Of a DNA stretch of 34,310 nt, positions 28,866-34,310 are shown piece after piece. Each line of letters opens with the position of its first letter. Positions within the stretch are counted from its first letter, which is position 1. The position numbers and the translations under genes were made by a program. Source of the DNA: Bacillota bacterium (GTDB lineage: Bacteria > Bacillota > Clostridia > Oscillospirales > Ruminococcaceae); NCBI GenBank assembly GCA_023394255.1, contig JAEXAZ010000216.1, forward strand, positions 1-34,310. Reading direction: 5' to 3'. The notes below the pieces were generated by a model. That model ran no database searches. It was not told the DNA's origin and saw only the letters and a list, made by a program, of their open reading frames with translations.

Positions 28866-29765
28866 TTATACCTCCTCCTGTTTGTTCAAACCCATACATA
28901 CATCCATGAATTGCTGCATTGGTTCCGTCAGATATTTGTTTTTATGCACAATGATTTTAAACTGCCTGAGAAACCGGAGTTCTTCCACCTCTATCGCGAA
29001 TAGCCTGCCGTCAGCCACTTCGGTCTCCACCGCGCGCCGCGAAATCACTGTGACACCCAGACCTTCGGCAGCGGCCATTTTGATGGTATCGGCATTGTTG
29101 CAGGTCCAGATTGCTTTCCAGGAGAGCCGGTTGGCAGCCATCACCTCCTCAAAGGTTTTTCGCGTCCCGCTGCCGACCTCGCGGACAATATAATCCTCCC
29201 GTTCCAGCTCCGGCGGCCCGATGGAAGTTCTGTCCGCAAGCGGATGTCCGCGTCCGCAGACCAGGACCAGCTCGTCCTGCAGGAACGGTTTCTGCAAAAG
29301 CTCGGTGGAAGAGGTTTCCCCTTCCACCAGCCCGATGTCAATCCGGTCATTCCGTATAAAATGCTCAATTTTTTCAGTATTATGCTCGATCACCTCAATT
29401 CGGACATTCGGCGATAATTCCCGATATCTTTTCACAAGTTTCGGCAGTACATGTGCGCCGACGGTTACACTCGCGCCGACGCGGATCAGGCCATGGCCGT
29501 GCAGCATGACCATATCCCGCTCCGCCTCCTCATTCATCCGAATCATGTTGCGGGCGTAACTCTGGAGTTTTTTCCCCGCCTGTGTCAGGTACAGCTTTTT
29601 TGACAGCCGTTCAAAAAGCCGCACGCCGTAATGCTGTTCCAAATCCGCAATCGCCTGGCTGACCGCGGACTGGGACATAAAAAGTCCCTCTGCGGCTGAG
29701 GTCATATTCATGGTATCACAAACGGCAATAAAAATTTTCAAATGTCTTAGTGTCAAAGAAACCAC
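28866..29765 (-). CDS. LysR family regulator (YeiE/CysL-like)
   Basis: [42 protein letters not shown]; start may be TTG at 29756. Confidence 0.9.
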   Translation of the reverse strand: MVSLTLRHLKIFIAVCDTMNMTSAAEGLFMSQSAVSQAIADLEQHYGVRLFERLSKKLYLTQAGKKLQSYARNMIRMNEEAERDMVMLHGHGLIRVGASVTVGAHVLPKLVKRYRELSPNVRIEVIEHNTEKIEHFIRNDRIDIGLVEGETSSTELLQKPFLQDELVLVCGRGHPLADRTSIGPPELEREDYIVREVGSGTRKTFEEVMAANRLSWKAIWTCNNADTIKMAAAEGLGVTVISRRAVETEVADGRLFAIEVEELRFLRQFKIIVHKNKYLTEPMQQFMDVCMGLNKQEEV

Positions 29766-29864
29766 TTCTCTTCATTATCATTTACTTATGATATTGATTT
29801 GATAATAATATTTTACTTATCCTCTGTCAAGGTATATGATAAACACCGAAGAGGAGGAGATGAT

Positions 29865-30851
29865 TTGAAATCAATGATAAGCAAACTCCCCGGAATTGCC
29901 CTCTGCGCCGCTATCGCGATTCCCGCGTGGCTTCTGGGGAAGGTTTTTCCGATTGTCGGAAGCCCGGTTCTGGGGATCTTACTGGGCATGGCGCTTGCAT
30001 TTTGGCACAGGCCGTATTTTATGAATGACGGGATACAGTATACGTCAAAAAAACTGCTGCAATACTCCATTATCCTATTGGGCTTTGACATGAACCTTTT
30101 TCAAGTGTTTCGGGTCGGAAAACAGACCCTGATCCTGATGGCCTTTACGCTGACCGCTGCCTTTGTCACCGCATACGCCGCCGGAAAATTGTTAAAGCTC
30201 AACGGCAACACCAAAACATTAATTGGCGTTGGTTCGGCAATCTGCGGCGGTTCCGCGATCGCGGCGACCGCGCCGGTCATCCATGCGGATGACGAAGAAA
30301 TCGCGCATTCCATCTCCACGATTTTTTTGTTCAATGTCATCGCAGCTTTCCTGTTCCCGTTCCTTGGGCACCTGCTCGGCATGAGCGACCAAAACTTCGG
30401 GCTTTGGGCCGGTACGGCGGTGAACGATACCTCGTCGGTAGTTGCCGCGGGCTATTCGTTCAGCAATGCGGCGGGAGACCTCGCCGTGATTGTCAAGCTG
30501 ACCAGAACGCTGATGATTGTCCCCGTCACCATTGTTCTGGCAGTCTACACTTCCAGAAAGACAGCGGGCGCCCATCAAGACAGCTACCGGTTCGCAAAAA
30601 TATTCCCATGGTTTGTGCTGGGCTTCCTCGCCGCCTCAGTGATCAATACTTTCTTTCACATGCCCGCTGAAATCAGCCATTCCCTTTCACAGGCCGGTAA
30701 ATTCGTCATCGTGATGGCGATGTCCGCGATCGGGCTGAATACCAATCTGGTAAAGCTTCTGAAAAGCGGCGTCAGACCGATTCTGCTGGGGCTGATCTGC
30801 TGGGTTATGCTGTCGGTCACTTCCCTCGGCGTACAATACGCGCTGTTTTAA
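29865..30851 (+). CDS. yeiH: YeiH family putative sulfate/sulfite exporter
   Basis: GSAICGGSAIAA, GLWAGTAVNDTSSV, IVKLTRTLMI, PWFVLGF; TTG 29865 after GGAGGAG. Confidence 0.88.
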   Translation: MKSMISKLPGIALCAAIAIPAWLLGKVFPIVGSPVLGILLGMALAFWHRPYFMNDGIQYTSKKLLQYSIILLGFDMNLFQVFRVGKQTLILMAFTLTAAFVTAYAAGKLLKLNGNTKTLIGVGSAICGGSAIAATAPVIHADDEEIAHSISTIFLFNVIAAFLFPFLGHLLGMSDQNFGLWAGTAVNDTSSVVAAGYSFSNAAGDLAVIVKLTRTLMIVPVTIVLAVYTSRKTAGAHQDSYRFAKIFPWFVLGFLAASVINTFFHMPAEISHSLSQAGKFVIVMAMSAIGLNTNLVKLLKSGVRPILLGLICWVMLSVTSLGVQYALF

Positions 30852-30870
30852 AGCCTGTGTGCCTTTCGAA

Positions 30871-30913
30871 AAAAGCCGTCCCGCGGAACAAGAAATTCCG
30901 CGGGACGGCTTTT
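30871..30913. terminator. Bidirectional intrinsic terminator
   Basis: AAAAGCCGTCCCGCGGAA-caagaaa-TTCCGCGGGACGGCTTTT. Confidence 0.85.
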
Positions 30914-30984
30914 GCGCCTTTGATTGACGCATGGGATATAAAAAATGAACCCCGTGTCATAAAGCACAGGATTCATCCTTGTTC

Positions 30985-31059
30985 TGGAGGCGCCACCCGG
31001 AATCGGACCGGGGAATGAAGGTTTTGCAGACCTTTGCCTTACCGCTTGGCTATGGCGCC
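30985..31059 (-). tRNA. tRNA-Cys(GCA)
   Basis: GGCGCCATAGCCAAGCGGTAAGGC..CTGCAAA..GGCGCCTCCA; encoded CCA. Confidence 0.95.
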
Positions 31060-31123
31060 GAATTCCATATACGGCAAGTATATGGAAAAAGAGACTATGC
31101 TATTCACATCTGCCTCTTTTTGT

Positions 31124-31199
31124 TGGAGCGGGTTACGAGGTTCGAACTCGCTACCTCCACCTTGGCAAGGTGGCGCTCTACCAAATGAGCTAAACCCGC
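31124..31199 (-). tRNA. tRNA-Gly(GCC)
   Basis: GCGGGTTTAGCTCA..CTTGCCAAG..GTTCGAA..CCCGCTCCA. Confidence 0.97.
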
Positions 31200-31202
31200 G
31201 TG

Positions 31203-31278
<76 letters not shown>

Positions 31279-31306
31279 AACTACATCACTTCTCATAAAA
31301 AGAAAG

Positions 31307-31383
31307 TGGCGACCTGGATGGGGCTCGAACCCACGACCTCTAGCGTGACAGGCTAGCGTTCTAACCAACTGAACTACCAGGCC
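31307..31383 (-). tRNA. tRNA-Asp(GTC)
   Basis: GGCCTGGTAGTTCAG..CTGTCAC..GTTCGAG..GGTCGCCA. Confidence 0.97.
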
Positions 31384-31391
31384 AATTTAAA

Positions 31392-31467
31392 TGGTGGGAA
31401 CTACAGGGCTCGAACCTGTGACCCTCTGCTTGTAAGGCAGATGCTCTCCCAGCTGAGCTAAGCTCCC
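31392..31467 (-). tRNA. tRNA-Val(TAC)
   Basis: GGGAGCTTAGCTCAG..CTTACAA..GTTCGAG..CCCACCA. Confidence 0.97.
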
Positions 31468-31498
31468 GGACATCGTTCGCTCGAACAGTGCGTTATTT

Positions 31499-31527
31499 AT
31501 TATAACTGTACCGGGTATGTTTGTCAA
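31499..31527 (-). promoter_or_regulatory. Consensus SigA promoter of the tRNA operon
   Basis: TTGACA-17 bp-TATAAT with A/T-rich upstream region. Confidence 0.9.
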
Positions 31528-31616
31528 TAGGATTTTTAAATTTTCCGGCGAAAAAAAAGAAATTGCATCCAATACTTAGGGGGCGGCAAAACACCGGCCC
31601 CTATATTTAGTGGCAG

Positions 31617-32690
31617 TCAATCGCCAAACGAGATCCCGAGGCTCCTTGCAGTCATTACCATCTGATCGTCGGCGGGGACCAGCTTGCTTCTGCCCGCTAT
31701 CAGCTCCAGCGGATTGTGCGTAATCCTATTGTTCTGTTCCGCAACAGCCACTCCGAAAATCCCCTTGCTCACAAGGTCGGCGGCGTAGACCCCAAACTGC
31801 GATGCCAGCACCCTGTCATAGGAGGACGGCGAGCCGCCGCGCAGGAAGTGCCCCGGAACCACCACGCGGGTATCAAACCCGGCCATCGCTGAAATATCCC
31901 GCGCAATCCGGTTGGTAGCGGTAGCAAACCCGGCAGCGGCGCGTTTTTCAGCGCGTTCTTTTCTCTTCATTTTTGCTTCCTCTATGTCAAAAGCGCCTTC
32001 GGCGACGGTTATGATTGAAAAGCCCTTGCCGCTTTCCGCGCGCCGTTCCACCGCCTTCACCACTTTTTTAATATCGTATGGAATCTCGGGTATCAAAATC
32101 ACATCCGCGCCGCCGGCAACTCCTGTATAAAGCGTAAGCCAGCCGGCCTTGTTCCCCATGATCTCAATTACCATGACCCGTTTATGGCTGCTTGCCGTCG
32201 TGTGGACGCGGTCAACCACCTCGGTACCGATATCGACCGCAGTATGAAAGCCGAACGTCACGTCGGTTCCCCAAATATCATTATCGATGGTTTTGGGCAG
32301 CCCAATGATGCGCAGCCCCTCCTGATGAAGAAGATTAGCGGTTTTATGGGTGCCGTTACCGCCTAAAACCAGCAGGCCGTCCAGATGCAGCTTTTTGTAA
32401 TTCTGCTTCATCCTCGCCACTTTATCCACATCATCTTCTACAATTTTCATGCTTTTATAGGGCGTGCGGGCTGTCCCGAGAATGGTCCCGCCCGTTGTCA
32501 GAATCCCGCGAAAATCCGACGGTTTCATCTCATGGTAGTCCCCCTCGATCAATCCCTTATACCCATCTACAATCCCAACAATCTTCACATCGTCCATCTT
32601 CTGATAAAGTGCCTTTGCCACGCCCCGGATGGTCGCGTTCAGACCGGGGCAGTCCCCGCCCGCTGTCAGTATTCCTATTCTTTTTGCCAT
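31617..32690 (-). CDS. pfkA: 6-phosphofructokinase (group III type)
   Basis: TAGGDCPGLN, GGTILGTAR, GGNGT, PKTIDND, EIMG, GHFLRGG; ATG 32690 after GAGGGG. Confidence 0.92.
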   Translation of the reverse strand: MAKRIGILTAGGDCPGLNATIRGVAKALYQKMDDVKIVGIVDGYKGLIEGDYHEMKPSDFRGILTTGGTILGTARTPYKSMKIVEDDVDKVARMKQNYKKLHLDGLLVLGGNGTHKTANLLHQEGLRIIGLPKTIDNDIWGTDVTFGFHTAVDIGTEVVDRVHTTASSHKRVMVIEIMGNKAGWLTLYTGVAGGADVILIPEIPYDIKKVVKAVERRAESGKGFSIITVAEGAFDIEEAKMKRKERAEKRAAAGFATATNRIARDISAMAGFDTRVVVPGHFLRGGSPSSYDRVLASQFGVYAADLVSKGIFGVAVAEQNNRITHNPLELIAGRSKLVPADDQMVMTARSLGISFGD

Positions 32691-32718
32691 CTTTGTTCTT
32701 CCCCTCTTTTCAAGTCTC

Positions 32719-32991
32719 CTACCGGTACCACAGCAAAAGCCAAAACAGTGCGGCCGATTCGGATAATACAATCAGCGGTATAAACAGCACAAAATTCCAG
32801 TGCCTGGTCTTGTGGCGGAACAGATACATTCCGCCCCAGATGCCCAGCCCCCCTCCAAGAAAAGCTGTGCCGAACAGCACCTTTTCCGGTATCCGCCATG
32901 CATGCCGTTTTGCTTTCCGCTTATCGATTGCGCAAAGCAACAATCCCCCCGCATTTGCAACGAGCAAATAATAAAACAAAAGATTCTCCAT
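32719..32991 (-). CDS. DUF1294 membrane protein
   Basis: DKRKAKRHAWRIPEKVL, GGGLG, FRHKTRH. Confidence 0.85.
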   Translation of the reverse strand: MENLLFYYLLVANAGGLLLCAIDKRKAKRHAWRIPEKVLFGTAFLGGGLGIWGGMYLFRHKTRHWNFVLFIPLIVLSESAALFWLLLWYR

Positions 32992-33109
32992 GAATTTCTC
33001 TTTTCCTGCCAAAAAATAGGTGCGACTATTCATGCATTGTTATTCATAATCGTATTATAGCATTCCGCGGGATGCAACGCCAGTACATTTTTTAACCTGC
33101 ATAGTTCAT

Positions 33110-33176
33110 TCGGACAATCCATCTTTTTGTTTTTGTGCATCGGACTTGCACATATTCCCACAGCTTACATATAGAT
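33110..33176 (+). promoter_or_regulatory. Mother-cell (SigE/SigK-type) promoter of sigK with possible SpoIIID site
   Basis: GCACATATT(33148-33156)...CATATAGAT(33168-33176); TCGGACAATC (33110-33119) resembles WWRRACARNY. Confidence 0.45.
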
Positions 33177-33230
33177 AGTGGTACAGCATTCTAGGCCATC
33201 CGACTGGCTACCGGGGCAAGGAGGTTTTTC

Positions 33231-33980
33231 ATGCTATCATTGTTTGCATGCCTTTGCAATCTGCTGTATTTTGCCCTGCATATTACCGGAACCGGGTCTT
33301 TTCCCCGCCCTCTTTCCGCACGGGAAGAGCGTGAGTGTCTGGAGCGCATTGCACAGGGCGATCAGGATGCGAAAGCGCGCCTGATAGAGCACAATCTGCG
33401 GCTTGTAGCGCATATTATCAAAAAATACTATGCGGCGTTTAAAGATCAGGATGATTTAATTTCCATCGGGACGATCGGGCTAATCAAAGCGGTTTCGACC
33501 TTTAAACCGGAAAAATCAGTCCGGTTTGCGACCTATGCTTCCAGATGTATCGAAAATGAAGTCCTGATGCATTTCAGGAACAAGAAGAAATCCGCTCAGG
33601 ACGTTTATATCAGTGACCCGATCGATACCGACAAGGATGGAAATTCCCTGACATTGATGGACATTATGGCAGAGGATGATAATATTGTCGACTGTATTGA
33701 TTTACATATCAAGTCGGAGCAATTATATCATTACATCGAGGGCGCGCTGGATGAACGTGAGCGGCAGATTATCATTATGCGGTATGGACTGGGCGGCACA
33801 CGGCCCCTGACACAGCGTGAAGTCGCAGACCATTTGAAAATATCCCGCTCCTATGTATCGCGACACGGTTATTGTAAATGCACAGCCGACAGCGTCCCCG
33901 GCCTTACCGGCCGGGGACGCTGCCCATTTTCGCCGCGATTGTCGGTATATGCGTGGCGTCAGCGCTTTTTCAGTCAGTAA
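33231..33980 (+). CDS. sigK: Pro-sigmaK, 5' part only: SigK homology ends at ~33863, followed by an unrelated 38-aa read-through tail
   Basis: Hydrophobic pro-peptide, SFPRPLS, LIEHNLRLVAHIIKKY, DDLISIGTIGLIKA, YASRCIENE, DPIDTDKDGN, TQREVA..ISRSYVSR, then HGYCKC.. instead of IEK(K/R)AL. Confidence 0.9.
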   Translation: MLSLFACLCNLLYFALHITGTGSFPRPLSAREERECLERIAQGDQDAKARLIEHNLRLVAHIIKKYYAAFKDQDDLISIGTIGLIKAVSTFKPEKSVRFATYASRCIENEVLMHFRNKKKSAQDVYISDPIDTDKDGNSLTLMDIMAEDDNIVDCIDLHIKSEQLYHYIEGALDERERQIIIMRYGLGGTRPLTQREVADHLKISRSYVSRHGYCKCTADSVPGLTGRGRCPFSPRLSVYAWRQRFFSQ

Positions 33981-34310
33981 TATAACGCCTTCGCCGGGCG
34001 CGGCAACTTACCCCGCCATTTAAAAAATTTAAAAATTCTTATTTGGAGGGAAACAAAGGGAACAACCCGGCTAACAGACCATAAAAGTGCCGTACGGGCG
34101 GCAAAGCTGCAAACAAGCCCCCACAAGTCAAACGGCAAGCAGGCGCGGGCGGTACAAATCGATCATATGATAAGGGTGGCAAGGTCGGTTTTCCTCCAGC
34201 CGCCTGCCTTCAAATAGGTTGGGAGAGCCTTTCCAGGCTGTCCGCGGCCTCGGTACGGGCGCGCCGGAGCAAACCGCATTTGCCGTCCCGGCGTTTGTCT
34301 GGAGAATGTG
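33864..34310. mobile_element. Probable left end of an integrative element interrupting sigK (skin-like); continues beyond window
   Basis: Abrupt loss of SigK homology in all three frames at imperfect dyad GTATCG|CGACAC; 14-bp hairpin 33890-33922; long structured non-coding tract; no recombinase inside window. Confidence 0.65.
33890..33930 (+). terminator. GC-rich hairpin just inside the element end
   Basis: CAGCGTCCCCGGCC-ttacc-GGCCGGGGACGCTG followed by CCCATTTT. Confidence 0.55.

Noticed and set aside
30914..31059. Island integrated at the tRNA-Cys 3' end
   Set aside because: No duplicated tRNA 3' fragment or integrase seen in the window.
33858..33900. Simple frameshift explaining the sigK C-terminus
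   Set aside because: Neither alternative frame restores IEK(K/R)AL (they give TVIVNAQ… and RLL*).
33864..34310. Group I or group II intron in sigK
   Set aside because: No GTGYG 5' end at the junction, no domain V motif on either strand, and no group I P/Q/R/S core recognised; an Rfam scan would be needed to exclude it fully.

Overview
Mostly core chromosome of a spore-forming Clostridia bacterium (probably Oscillospiraceae/Ruminococcaceae; inferred from gene set and signals). In order: tyrA-aroB-aroA-aroC; a Trp-specifier T-box riboswitch controlling a trpXYZ-like ABC importer; an orphan sugar-transfer-associated ATP-grasp ligase; a three-domain FMN-binding lipoprotein; thrR-hom-thrB-lysC; a DivIVA-like coiled-coil protein; guaB; an AKR-Smr-DUF3810 operon; EEP, DUF1540, lipoprotein, YqeY and 2-hydroxyacid dehydrogenase genes; a znuACB-like operon with a Zur/Fur-type box; an unannotated 48-aa ORF plus a Cys-less HMA gene behind a sigmaG-like promoter; ecsC; a LysR-msrAB unit divergent from yeiH; a Val-Asp-Phe-Gly-Cys tRNA operon; pfkA; DUF1294; and sigK. 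The standout is sigK: homology stops abruptly inside the region 4.2 recognition helix (…ISRSYVSR|HGYCKC…, ~33863) and is followed by a strong hairpin and highly self-complementary non-coding DNA. This looks like the left end of a sigK-intervening (skin-like) mobile element at a 3'-terminal site different from the B. subtilis site. The recombinase and the 3' sigK fragment would lie beyond the window, so this is inferred, not proven. All calls are by eye; no database searches were run.
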